This document shows positions 9,755 through 18,508 of a stretch of DNA of 64,000 bases, one piece after another. This stretch comes from an uncultured Chloroflexia bacterium (lineage in GTDB: Bacteria > Chloroflexota > Dehalococcoidia > UBA2979), in contig CAVSIV010000001.1 in assembly GCA_963728205.1 (NCBI GenBank), positions 960,001 through 1,024,000 on the forward strand. The letters are read 5' to 3'. Made by a program: the position numbers and the translations under genes. The stretch's first letter is position 1. The number at the start of each line of letters is the position of its first letter. The notes beneath the pieces were generated by a model that was given only the letters and a program-made list of their open reading frames with translations, ran no database searches and was not told where the DNA came from.

Positions 9755-10891
9755 TTACGCGGCGAGGTACTGCTGCAGCGCGGAGTTGGCGCGACCGTTC
9801 TCGAACCGGTCGCCGAGGCCGGCCACCTTCACGCGCTGGATGTACTCCTTGACCTGGCGCTGCCGCACCGCCGTGGCGATCTTCTCGCCCTCCGACATCG
9901 ACGCGGCGTCCGACCCGCCGCCGAGCAGGATCGCCAGCGCGGCGTTCGACGGCGTCCCGCGCGTCGCGGGGTTCTGCCCGCCGCTGCCGGCGACGAGGCC
10001 CATCTCGATCTCGTCGAGGTACGAGTGGATCTCCTCGCGGCGCTCCGGGTCCGTCTGCGCGAGGTACTGCAGGTGCATCACGCCGAAGGCGACGTGGCGC
10101 GACTCGTCCGACGCCGCGAGGCGGTAGATCGCCTTCTCCGCGTCGTTGTAGGACATGCGCTCGCCCATCCGGAAGATCGAGAGCACGAGACCCTCGCCGG
10201 AGATGTGCAGGCGGGCCGACATCTCCGTGAAGTCGCGGGCGGAGTCGATGGCGCCGCCGGCCAGCGCCGCGTTCGACGTCTGCATCAGCAGGCCGCCGCC
10301 GTTGGCGAAGGTGCGCTTGCGGAAGACGTCGAGGTGGCGCGCCTCGTCCATGATCTGCGAGATCAGGAACATGCGCGGCTCGTAGTAGTCCGGGCTCGTC
10401 TCCGAGATCCACTTGCCCGGGACGTCACCGGCGACGAACTCGACCTCGGTGAGGAACGTCGTGAGCTGGCACTCGGCGCGCTCGATGTCGTCGGGGAGCT
10501 CCTCGAGGGTCTCCCACGGGATGTCGACCGCGGACGACCACTGGCGCTGCACGGCCTCCTCGTAGAGCTGGGAGGCGTTGCGCAGCCAGATGTCCGACTT
10601 CGTGCGGACCGAGTAGTTGCCGACCTTCGGGGCGGTGGGGCGCACGAGCGAGCCGCGCGGGCGGCCCGTCATGTTGTCGCTCCAGTCCGGGATCTGGGCG
10701 TACGGGCCCTTGTCGATGTCCTGCAGGAGGACGCCCTCACCCTTCGCGCCGTCGGCGCGCAGCCCGAACGTCTCGCGGGCCGTCAGCCAGTCCAGCTTGT
10801 ACCCGCGCGAGCGCCCGTACTCGAGGAGCGACTCGTAAGCGGTCTTCTGAGATGTGGACTGTGACTGATCGGGCCGCGTCTCGGTCGCCAT
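9755..10891 (-). CDS. Ferritin-like diiron-carboxylate protein (alpha-like)
   Basis: Complete ligand pattern E(VE)...DEARH...GEG...DESRH; RBS AGGAGAG. Confidence 0.85.
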   Translation of the reverse strand: MATETRPDQSQSTSQKTAYESLLEYGRSRGYKLDWLTARETFGLRADGAKGEGVLLQDIDKGPYAQIPDWSDNMTGRPRGSLVRPTAPKVGNYSVRTKSDIWLRNASQLYEEAVQRQWSSAVDIPWETLEELPDDIERAECQLTTFLTEVEFVAGDVPGKWISETSPDYYEPRMFLISQIMDEARHLDVFRKRTFANGGGLLMQTSNAALAGGAIDSARDFTEMSARLHISGEGLVLSIFRMGERMSYNDAEKAIYRLAASDESRHVAFGVMHLQYLAQTDPERREEIHSYLDEIEMGLVAGSGGQNPATRGTPSNAALAILLGGGSDAASMSEGEKIATAVRQRQVKEYIQRVKVAGLGDRFENGRANSALQQYLAA

Positions 10892-11005
10892 ACGCTCTCC
10901 TGCTTTCGTGTCTGCGATGTTCGATCGGCTGCTGGTGCAGGGCCGCCGCTGAGGTCGCCGTCAGCGCGCGTACACCGTCAACGAACGTAGTCGTTCGAGG
11001 GCGTC

Positions 11006-11034
11006 AACATACAGTGTGTATGCAAGGCTGTCAA
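11006..11034 (-). promoter_or_regulatory. Sigma70 promoter of the ferritin-like operon with overlapping palindromic operator
   Basis: Minus strand TTGACA-N17-TATGTT with TG extension; CATACA-n3-TGTATG palindrome at 11008-11022. Confidence 0.75.
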
Positions 11035-11504
11035 CGAACACGTGCGTGGCCGGCGGGCGCCGCCAACAGGTTGGGACCGGCCGTCGCGCGGCACGTGGGG
11101 CGAGGGCGGTGGCAGGCATCGCGCGCGCCCGAGAGGCGGGTCGCGAGTCGCGCGAAGGCGGCCGGCGGCGACCACTGCGAGATGCGTACGACGGTGCCGC
11201 CGCGGTCCGGCGCGAGCGTGACCTCGACGATCGCGTCGCGCTCGTCGTCGCGGCTGCCGCCGCTCGTGGCGTGCCAGCGCACGCGGCGCGGAGCTTCGCG
11301 CTCGATCACCTCGCCGAGGCGCACGACACGCGGCTCCACGCCGGGGAAGCGAGCGGGGTCGGTGACGTAGTCGAAGACCTCCTCGGGTGGCGCGTCGACG
11401 CGCACCTCGACCTGCAGCTCCGGCACGTCGTCGACGGCGGTGCGTGGCGACTCGTCGCGCCGGTCGTCCGGGCCGGCGGGGGCGTCGTGCTCGTCGTGTG
11501 CCAT
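11031..11504 (-). CDS. SRPBCC/AHSA1 domain protein
   Basis: VEVRVDAPPEEVFDYVTDP...VEVTLAPDRGGTVVRI; ATGA overlap with ArsR. The C-terminus looks atypical. Confidence 0.7.
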   Translation of the reverse strand: MAHDEHDAPAGPDDRRDESPRTAVDDVPELQVEVRVDAPPEEVFDYVTDPARFPGVEPRVVRLGEVIEREAPRRVRWHATSGGSRDDERDAIVEVTLAPDRGGTVVRISQWSPPAAFARLATRLSGARDACHRPRPTCRATAGPNLLAAPAGHARVR

Positions 11505-11857
11505 CAGGCGTCTCCCTTCGCGGCGCCCGGTCCGCCGCCGCGCGCGGGTCGCGGCGGCGACGCCAGGTCGTCCTTCATGCGCGCCAGCGCGGCGCTCCAG
11601 AACCCCTCGACCTCGTCGCGCAGGCGGGCGAGGCCCTCCGGCGCGGCGTGGTACACGCGACGCCGCCCGTCGGGCGTCGCCGCCACGAGTCCGGCGTCGC
11701 GCAGCACGCGCAGGTGCTGCGACACCGCCGGCTGCGACAGCGCGACGCGCTCCACGATCTCGCCGACGGAGCGCTCGCGCTCGCAGAGCAGGCGATAGAT
11801 CGCGCGTCGGCTGGGGTCGCCCAGCGCGTCGAGCGGGTCGGTGGCGTCCTCGTGCAT
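11504..11857 (-). CDS. ArsR/SmtB family transcriptional regulator
   Basis: ALGDPSRRAI...SQPAVSQHLRVLRDAGLV...GRRRVY winged HTH. Confidence 0.92.
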   Translation of the reverse strand: MHEDATDPLDALGDPSRRAIYRLLCERERSVGEIVERVALSQPAVSQHLRVLRDAGLVAATPDGRRRVYHAAPEGLARLRDEVEGFWSAALARMKDDLASPPRPARGGGPGAAKGDA

Positions 11858-11877
11858 GCCGACATGATATCGCGCTA

Positions 11878-11891
11878 CACTTATATAAGTG
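11878..11891. promoter_or_regulatory. Palindromic operator, probably bound by ArsR
   Basis: Perfect 14-bp palindrome CACTTATATAAGTG between divergent arsR and clpP. Confidence 0.65.
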
Positions 11892-11927
11892 CACACGAAT
11901 GTGTAATGCAGGCGGAGGAGGCAGGCG

Positions 11928-12578
11928 ATGAACGACAGCTCGACGGGGCGGCCGCGGGCGGTGGTGCCGATGGTGGTGGAGGCCGGTCCGCGCGGCGAGC
12001 GCGCCTACGACATCTACTCGCTGTTGCTGAAGGAGCGCGTCGTCATCCTCGGCACCGAGGTGACGTCCGAGGTCGCGAACGCGATCGTCGCGCAGCTGCT
12101 CTACCTCGACCGCGAGGACGCGGACAAGGACGTCTCGCTCTACATCCACTCGCCGGGCGGCGAGGTATACGCGGGGCTGGCGATCATCGACACGATGCAA
12201 CTGATCCGCGCGGACGTCTCGACGATCGCGGTCGGTTTCACGGCGTCGATGGGCACCGCCGTGCTGGCGGCCGGCGCGCGCGGCAAGCGGTTCGCGCTGC
12301 CGAGCGCGACGATCCACTACCACCCGGCGCTCGGCGGCGCGCAGGGGGGCGCGCGCGACGTCGAGATCCGCGCGCAGGAGCTGCTGCGGCTGAACCGCCG
12401 CCTGCGCGAGCTGCTCGCCGAGCGCACCGGCCGCCCGTTCGACGAGATCGCGCGCGACTTCGACCGCGATCACTTCATGGATGCGTACGAGGCGAAGGAG
12501 TACGGGCTCGTGGACGCGGTGCTCGAGCAGACGACGGTCGAGAGCCGGCGCACGGCCGGCTTCCAGCGGGCCGGGTGA
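11928..12578 (+). CDS. clpP: ATP-dependent Clp protease proteolytic subunit
   Basis: [22 protein letters not shown] (Ser), HYHP (His), DRD (Asp); RBS GGAGGAGG. Confidence 0.95.
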   Translation: MNDSSTGRPRAVVPMVVEAGPRGERAYDIYSLLLKERVVILGTEVTSEVANAIVAQLLYLDREDADKDVSLYIHSPGGEVYAGLAIIDTMQLIRADVSTIAVGFTASMGTAVLAAGARGKRFALPSATIHYHPALGGAQGGARDVEIRAQELLRLNRRLRELLAERTGRPFDEIARDFDRDHFMDAYEAKEYGLVDAVLEQTTVESRRTAGFQRAG

Positions 12579-12706
12579 GAAGTCCACTTCGAGCGGCGCC
12601 GGGCCACGGCGCTGAGGCGCGATTCGGCGATTGCTCGGCGCCTCCTCAGCGCCTTCACCAGGCGCCGCTCGAAGCGCGCTCGGTCGTCGCGCAGCCGCGG
12701 CGGGCG

Positions 12707-13366
12707 CTAGCGGTTCGGGCCGCGTGACCGCGGGCTGCGTCCGCGGTCCGCGCGGCGGCCGGTCTGTCGCCGCGGCGGCGCGTCGGGCAGCGACGGGGCG
12801 AACCCGGGGTGGCGCTCCGCGAACTCGTCGGCCGTCATCCCGAAGCGGACCTCGTCCCAGCGCCGCCCGGCCGCGAAGATCGCGCTGCGCAGCCGACCCT
12901 CCTCGACGAACCCTAGCGCGCGGTGGAACGCGATCGAGCGCTCGTTGAAGGCGTACACGCCGCACTCCGCCTTCGCGTAGCCGAGCTCGCCGAAGTAGTA
13001 GCGCAGCAGCAACTGGATGGCCTCGCGGCCGTAGCCGTGCCGCCAGTGCTCGCGACCGAGCGCCAGGCCGAACTGGAAGCGCCGGTTCCGACGGTCGGCG
13101 CCGTGGACGGAGATCGAGCCCAGCACGGCGTCGTCCTCGGAGCGCGCGATGCAGAGGAACGCGTCGTCGTCGTTCTCATGGCGCTCCCGGGCGCGCTCCT
13201 CGGCCCACCGGCGTGCGGCCTCTCGCGACTGGGGGGAGTTGACGCGATGCCCGAGGCGCTCGACCTCGGAGTCGCGCGCGATCGCGTAGAACGTCTCCCA
13301 GTCCTCGGGTTCGATGCCGCGCAGGTGGACGCGCTCGCCCTGCCAGATGTCGTGTGTTTCGGGCAT
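12707..13366 (-). CDS. GNAT acetyltransferase, RimJ/RimL family
   Basis: GERVHLR, HWRHGYGREA, NERSIAFHRALGFVEEGRLR. Confidence 0.88.
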   Translation of the reverse strand: MPETHDIWQGERVHLRGIEPEDWETFYAIARDSEVERLGHRVNSPQSREAARRWAEERARERHENDDDAFLCIARSEDDAVLGSISVHGADRRNRRFQFGLALGREHWRHGYGREAIQLLLRYYFGELGYAKAECGVYAFNERSIAFHRALGFVEEGRLRSAIFAAGRRWDEVRFGMTADEFAERHPGFAPSLPDAPPRRQTGRRADRGRSPRSRGPNR

Positions 13367-13512
13367 GCGCCGGAGTGTAGCCGGGGTGGGCGGGGTCCCT
13401 CACGGATCTGCGCCGCCGACCGCGGGCGCGACGGCCTGCACGGGCGCCGCGCACCGCTGCGCGACACCCACGCCTGGCCCGGGGCTCCCCGGAGTGCGCG
13501 CGGCCGAGCAAC

Positions 13513-14142
13513 CTAGCGCGTGGCGCCCGTGCGCGCCTCGAGCAGCTCGCCGGCCAGCACCCCGACGATCCAGGACTCGGCCCGGTCGAAGGTCCAGCCG
13601 AACTCGCCGGTGAGCGACGCGAAGACGGACGGCATGGTCAGCGTGGCGACGGCGGCGGTCGCCTCCTCCGCGGGGACTCCTCCCCGCAACCCGCCCAGCC
13701 GGCCGAGGTGCTCAACGGTGGCGGCGCAACCCGCGCGGTGGCGCTTCATGCCTGCGGCGAACGCCTCCGTCATGTCGGACTCGACGCCGGCGGCGGACTG
13801 GAGTGCCGCGAGGATGTCTCCGCAGCGCTCGTTGACCTGTCGCGCGATGTGGACCTGGAGGGCGAGCACCTGGCGGGGATCATTGGCGGCACTCAGGGTG
13901 GCCGCGAGGGCCGGGATCTCGGCCTCTTCGTCGATCCGTTCGACGAGGAGCCTCAGCAGTTGCGGCTTCGGTCCGACGCTCGTGTAGACGGTGGGCAGGG
14001 CGACGCCGGCAGCCTCCGCGACCTCCGCCACGGAGGTCGCACCGTAGCCGCGCTCGGTGAAGAGGCGACGAGCCGCGTCGAGGATCGCGCGGCGCGTCTC
14101 GAGCGCCTGGTGCTGACGACGGCCGGGGCGTCTTGACGTCAT
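13513..14142 (-). CDS. TetR/AcrR family regulator
   Basis: TRRAILDAARRLF..RGYGATSVAEVAEAAGVALPTVY HTH. Confidence 0.92.
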   Translation of the reverse strand: MTSRRPGRRQHQALETRRAILDAARRLFTERGYGATSVAEVAEAAGVALPTVYTSVGPKPQLLRLLVERIDEEAEIPALAATLSAANDPRQVLALQVHIARQVNERCGDILAALQSAAGVESDMTEAFAAGMKRHRAGCAATVEHLGRLGGLRGGVPAEEATAAVATLTMPSVFASLTGEFGWTFDRAESWIVGVLAGELLEARTGATR

Positions 14143-14164
14143 GTCATATCCGATGTCTAATCAC

Positions 14165-14199
14165 GATATGATGTATCTAACTAGTAGATACGCCATATC
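14165..14199. promoter_or_regulatory. TetR operator (imperfect 15-bp inverted repeat)
   Basis: gatatgatgtatcta-actag-tagatacgccatatc (13/15 match), AT-rich, between divergent genes. Confidence 0.8.
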
Positions 14200-14215
14200 A
14201 TATCAGGAGGACGGC

Positions 14216-14914
14216 ATGGCAACCATCGGCGTGGGCGCGGCGGAGTCGAGCACCGGCAGGATCAGGTGGAGTTCCACGCGGCTGGCCGGGGCGGGCGGTC
14301 TTGTCTTCCTGGCCCTGATCACGTTCCAGAACATCATGCGAGCGATCACCGGGCCGGCCCTCGGAGCATCGCCGGACGTGGTGATTCGGTTCCTGCGCGA
14401 CGACGGGTGGACGATTCACGTGCTCGCCGTGACCTACATCGTGGGCTTCGTCCCGCTGCTGGCCTTCGCGAGCGGACTCGCGCACGAGGCAAGTCGCGTG
14501 GAGCCACGAGCACGTGGTTGGGCGGCGATCGGCGTGCTCGGCACGATGGCGATCGCGGTGTTCTTCGCGCTGATCACCGTGCTGCAGACGGCACTGCTGG
14601 CGTCGGTGGACGCGCTCGCCGGGAATGCGGCCCTGACGCAGACGGTGTGGGCGCTCCACGACGGCATCTTCACCATCAACCTCCTCGCGGTGGCGACGGC
14701 GATGCTCGGGCTCGGGGTCGCCGCGCGGATGGCACGGCTCGTTCCCGGCTGGATGGGCGTGCTGTCCTGCGTCGGCGCGGCGCTCATGACCGCGGGCGCG
14801 CTGCCGATGGTGGCGGAGGTCGAGGGTTCGCACCTGCTGGCGGTCTCGTTGGCCGGCTACCTGTGCTGGCTGCTGCTGCTGCTGGTGGCGGGAACCCGGC
14901 TGTTGCGAGAGTAG
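14216..14914 (+). CDS. Multi-pass membrane protein (DUF4386-like)
   Basis: About 6 hydrophobic segments, LVPGWMG motif; RBS AGGAGG before ATG 14216. Confidence 0.7.
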   Translation: MATIGVGAAESSTGRIRWSSTRLAGAGGLVFLALITFQNIMRAITGPALGASPDVVIRFLRDDGWTIHVLAVTYIVGFVPLLAFASGLAHEASRVEPRARGWAAIGVLGTMAIAVFFALITVLQTALLASVDALAGNAALTQTVWALHDGIFTINLLAVATAMLGLGVAARMARLVPGWMGVLSCVGAALMTAGALPMVAEVEGSHLLAVSLAGYLCWLLLLLVAGTRLLRE

Positions 14915-15058
14915 ACGGCCGCGAGGTTCACGCGGGAGTGGACGCCCTCGGCGGGCGGCCGTTCTGCCGCGAACACCACGGCCGATATCAGGCGGCACTG
15001 CTCGACTCGTCGAGTCGTGCCGCCGGCAAGACCATCCGCCGGATGCTGTTCGCGATAC

Positions 15059-15142
15059 TGGTGCCGGGGCTGGGATTCGAACCCAGATGCCTTGCGGCCG
15101 CGGGGTTTAAGCCCGCTGCGTCTGCCATTCCGCCACCCCGGC
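15059..15142 (-). tRNA. tRNA-Leu(TAA)
   Basis: GCCGGGG acceptor, GCGGG-CT-TAA-AC-CCCGC anticodon arm, long variable arm, GGTTCGAATCC, ACCA end. Confidence 0.95.
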
Positions 15143-15197
15143 GCCGGACGGCGCCGATTGTCGCCGATCCGCCCGGCCGGGAGCAGCCCGCGCGGCG

Positions 15198-16496
15198 CTA
15201 CCGCGGCAGGCGGATCGTGAACGCCGCCCCGGCGCCCGGCGCGGACCGCACGTCGACGCGCCCGCCGTGCGCCTCCACGATGCCGCGCACGATCGACAGC
15301 CCGAGCCCCGCGCCGTCGCCGCCGCTGCCGCCGCGCCGGCGCGAGCGCTCGCCGCGGTAGAACGGCTCCCACACGCGGTCCAGGTCCTCGGGCGCGATCC
15401 CGGCGCCCGTGTCCTCCACCGTCACCGCGACGCCCCCGTCGTCGACGCCGGCGCGCACGGCGATGCGCCCCCCCGCCGGCGTGTGCTCGAGCGCGTTGCG
15501 CACGAGGTTCGCGACCGCGCGCTCCATGCGCGTGCCGTCGAGCTCGAGCAGCGGGCAGTCGCCCTCCGCCTCCACCTCGAGCGCGATGCCCGCGCGCTGC
15601 GCCTGCGCCTGCATCGCGTCGCCGACGTCGGCGACGATCTCCTGGATCGACAGCGGCCGGCGGTCGAGGCGCAGCGCCCCGGCGTCGATCTGCGCCAGCT
15701 CGAAGAGGTCGTCGAGCATGCGACTGACGCGGTCGATCTCGCGGCGCATCGTCCCCATGTAGCGCTCGACCTCCGCGCGGTCCTCGACGACGCCGTCGCT
15801 CAGCGCCTCGACCATCGCGCGCACGCTCGCGAGCGGCGTGCGCAGGTCGTGCGAGATCGCGGCGGTGAGCTCGCGCCGCGACCGCTCCATCTCCGCGCGC
15901 TGCCGCTCCGACGACTCCAGCAGCGACGCGAGCCGGTCGACGTCGCCCGCCAGCCGCGCCACCTCGTCCTCGCCGGCGAGGTCGAGGCGCGTCGCGTAGC
16001 GCCCCTCGGCGAGCTCGCCGATCGCGCGGCCGATCGTGTGCACGCGCCCCGTGACGCTCGACGCCACCCACACGCTGAACGTCACGGCGAGCAGGCCGCT
16101 GAAGATGAGCAGCGTGGTGAGCAGCGGCAGGTCGTGCGTGGTGGAGACGAACATCAGCCGCGCGACCGCGTAGACGTTGGCGAGCCCGACGAGCGATCCG
16201 ATCCCCGCCGCGACGATCGCCTTGGTGCGCAGCGAAAGCCCGAGGCGGTCGTCGGCGACGCGCAGCGCGAGCCAGCCGACGACGATGGTGGTGAGCCCGG
16301 ACACGACGAGGTAGACCGCGAGGTCGACCGCGGCGGCGCGCGGCGGGGCCATGAGCACGTCGAAGATGAGCAGCGAGACGCCGACCGCGGCCGCCAGCCC
16401 GCCGACGGCGAGCGCGAGCGACCGCAGCCACGCGAGCGACGCGCCCGCCGGCGCGGCCGGCGCGCGCGTGGGCACCGACGCTGCACTACGGCTCAA
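15198..16496 (-). CDS. Membrane HAMP sensor histidine kinase
   Basis: TM segments, HAMP, SHDLRTPL, NLVRNA, DTGAGI, GAGLGL. Start codon uncertain. Confidence 0.93.
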   Translation of the reverse strand: MSRSAASVPTRAPAAPAGASLAWLRSLALAVGGLAAAVGVSLLIFDVLMAPPRAAAVDLAVYLVVSGLTTIVVGWLALRVADDRLGLSLRTKAIVAAGIGSLVGLANVYAVARLMFVSTTHDLPLLTTLLIFSGLLAVTFSVWVASSVTGRVHTIGRAIGELAEGRYATRLDLAGEDEVARLAGDVDRLASLLESSERQRAEMERSRRELTAAISHDLRTPLASVRAMVEALSDGVVEDRAEVERYMGTMRREIDRVSRMLDDLFELAQIDAGALRLDRRPLSIQEIVADVGDAMQAQAQRAGIALEVEAEGDCPLLELDGTRMERAVANLVRNALEHTPAGGRIAVRAGVDDGGVAVTVEDTGAGIAPEDLDRVWEPFYRGERSRRRGGSGGDGAGLGLSIVRGIVEAHGGRVDVRSAPGAGAAFTIRLPR

Positions 16497-17217
16497 ACTT
16501 GTACCCCACGCCCCACACGGTCTTGAGGTGGCGCGGCCGCGAGGCGTCCGTCTCGAGCTTCGCGCGCAGCCGTCGCATGTGGACGGTCACGGTGCTCGGC
16601 TCGCCCTCGAAGGTGCGGTCCCACACCGCGTCCATCAGCTGGTCGCGCGTGAAGACCTGGCCGGGGTGGCGCGCGAGGAACAGCAGGAGGTCGAACTCGC
16701 GGGCGGTGAGGTTGATCGGCTCCCCGGCACGGTCGACCGAGCGGCGGCGGCCGTCGATCTCCAGCTCGTCGAAGCGCAGCGTCTCGTCGCCGGGCGCGGC
16801 CGGCTCGCGCCCGACGCGGCGCAGCACGGCCGCGACGCGCGCCGCGAGCTCGCGCGGGGAGAACGGCTTCGTCACGTAGTCGTCGGCGCCGAGCTCGAGG
16901 CCGGCGAGCTTGTCCTGCTCGTCGCCGCGCGCGGTGAGCATGATGATCGGCGCCTGCGAGCGGGCGCGCACGCGACGGCAGATCTCCAGGCCGTCGAGCC
17001 CCGGCAGCATGACGTCGAGCACGAGCAGCGCCGGGTCGAACGCCTCGAAGGCGTCGAGCGCCTCGCGGCCGTCGCCCACGATGCGCACCTCGTGGCCGTC
17101 GCGCCGGAGGTAGCGCTCGACGACCTCGGCGACCATCGGCTCGTCCTCGACGACGAGGATGCGCGCGCCCGCGGGCGGGAGCGTGCGGGACGCGGAGCCG
17201 GGGGCGGGAGCGGGCAT
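16486..17217 (-). CDS. OmpR/PhoB family response regulator
   Basis: ILVVEDE, LDVMLP, GADDYVTKPF, LTAREFDLL, TVWGVGY. Confidence 0.95.
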   Translation of the reverse strand: MPAPAPGSASRTLPPAGARILVVEDEPMVAEVVERYLRRDGHEVRIVGDGREALDAFEAFDPALLVLDVMLPGLDGLEICRRVRARSQAPIIMLTARGDEQDKLAGLELGADDYVTKPFSPRELAARVAAVLRRVGREPAAPGDETLRFDELEIDGRRRSVDRAGEPINLTAREFDLLLFLARHPGQVFTRDQLMDAVWDRTFEGEPSTVTVHMRRLRAKLETDASRPRHLKTVWGVGYKFEP

Positions 17218-17267
17218 GGCAGCCTCGCGAGGTGAGCGTGCTCGGAGACGGAACGTATCCCGCAAAG

Positions 17268-17283
17268 GTTACACGGGGCTTAC
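17268..17283 (-). promoter_or_regulatory. Putative OmpR-type tandem box GTAAG-N6-GTAAC
   Basis: 11-bp-spaced direct repeat upstream of the RR; same motif at 18471-18486. Confidence 0.55.
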
Positions 17284-17296
17284 GGCAAGGGTTGCT

Positions 17297-17372
17297 TCGA
17301 GCCCGGAGCGGCAGCGACGGGATCGGGCCTGATGACCAGGAGCCGATCCCGTCGCTGCCGCTCCGGGCTCGA
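17297..17372. repeat. Palindromic repeat, family B (perfect 30-bp arms)
   Basis: tcgagcccggagcggcagcgacgggatcgg - 16 nt - exact reverse complement. Confidence 0.92.
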
Positions 17373-17381
17373 GCCGTCTTC

Positions 17382-18437
17382 CTACACCGGGTCGCGCAGC
17401 TCGGCGTGCGCGAACTCGCGCATGCCGTCTTCGAACGCCACCTCCGCGCGGAAGCCGAGCACGGCGGCGGCGCGGGCGGGCGAGGCGAACACGTGGCGCA
17501 CGTCGCCCAGGCGGTAGCCGCCCACGACCTCGGGCGCCGGCGCGCCCGCGCCGAAGGCACGCGCGAGCGCCGCGGCCATCTCGCCGACGGTGTGGGGCGT
17601 GCCGCTCGCGACGTTGAACGCGCCCGGCGCGGGCTCGGGCGCGGTGAGCGCGAGCACGTTCGCGCGGGCGACGTCGGCGACGTGGACGAAGTCGCGGCGC
17701 TGCCGGCCGTCCTCGAACACGCGCGGCGCGCGGCCGGCGGCGAGCGCGCTGCGGAAGATGCTCGCGACGCCCGCGTACGGCGTGTCGCGCGGCATGCGCG
17801 GCCCGTAGACGTTGTGGTAGCGCAGCGCGGTCACCGGCACGTCGTGCTCGCGGCCGAACGCGTGGCAGAGGTGCTCCTGGTGCAGCTTCGTCGCGGCGTA
17901 GACGTTGCGCGGGTCGGGCGGGGCGTCCTCGGCGATCGCGATCGCCTCGAGCGGCGCGCCGCACGTCGGGCAGGGCGGCTCGAAGCGGCCGGCGTCGAGG
18001 TCGGCGGCGGCCCGCGGCGGCGGCCGCACCGCGCCGTGCGCCGGGCAGCGATAGCCGCCCTCGCCGTACACGACCATGCTGCTCGCGAGCACGAGTCGGC
18101 CCGCGAACCCGGCCCGGTGCATCGCCCACAGGCCGGCGGCGGTCCCGACGTCGTTCGACGCGACATAATCGCGCACGTCGCCGAAGTCCACGCCGAGGCC
18201 GACCTTCGCCGCCTGGTGGCAGACGGCGTCGACGCCGGGGAGGGCGCGCACCCAGGCGTCGGGGTCCTCGACGCGCTCCCACGTGTACCGCGCGCCGGGG
18301 TTGAGGTAGCCGGGGCGTGCGCCGTGCGCGGCGGGGTCGAGCGCGTCCACGACGAGCACGTCGTGCCCGGCGTCGACCAGCTGATCGACGACGTGGCTGC
18401 CGATGAAGCCGGCGCCGCCGGTGACCAGGATCCGCAT
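17382..18437 (-). CDS. NAD-dependent epimerase/dehydratase with Cys-rich insert
   Basis: ILVTGGAGFIGSH, YAATK, RYHNVYGP, RDFVHV; insert CPAH...CPTC. Confidence 0.93.
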   Translation of the reverse strand: MRILVTGGAGFIGSHVVDQLVDAGHDVLVVDALDPAAHGARPGYLNPGARYTWERVEDPDAWVRALPGVDAVCHQAAKVGLGVDFGDVRDYVASNDVGTAAGLWAMHRAGFAGRLVLASSMVVYGEGGYRCPAHGAVRPPPRAAADLDAGRFEPPCPTCGAPLEAIAIAEDAPPDPRNVYAATKLHQEHLCHAFGREHDVPVTALRYHNVYGPRMPRDTPYAGVASIFRSALAAGRAPRVFEDGRQRRDFVHVADVARANVLALTAPEPAPGAFNVASGTPHTVGEMAAALARAFGAGAPAPEVVGGYRLGDVRHVFASPARAAAVLGFRAEVAFEDGMREFAHAELRDPV

Positions 18438-18470
18438 CGCGCACCTCCCATGACCGCTTCGTCGTCGACG

Positions 18471-18486
18471 GTAAGGATTGCGTAAG
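18471..18486 (+). promoter_or_regulatory. Putative OmpR-type tandem box GTAAG-N6-GTAAG
   Basis: 11-bp-spaced direct repeat in the divergent promoter region; an extra inverted half-site CTTAC lies at 18504. Confidence 0.55.
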
Positions 18487-18508
18487 ACTCGATCCGTACG
18501 TTCCTTAC

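Noticed and set aside
15059-15142. bldA-like translational control by tRNA-Leu(UAA)
   Set aside because: The tRNA is a normal component of most genomes. I noticed only one TTA codon and did not count systematically, so there is no evidence of regulatory use.
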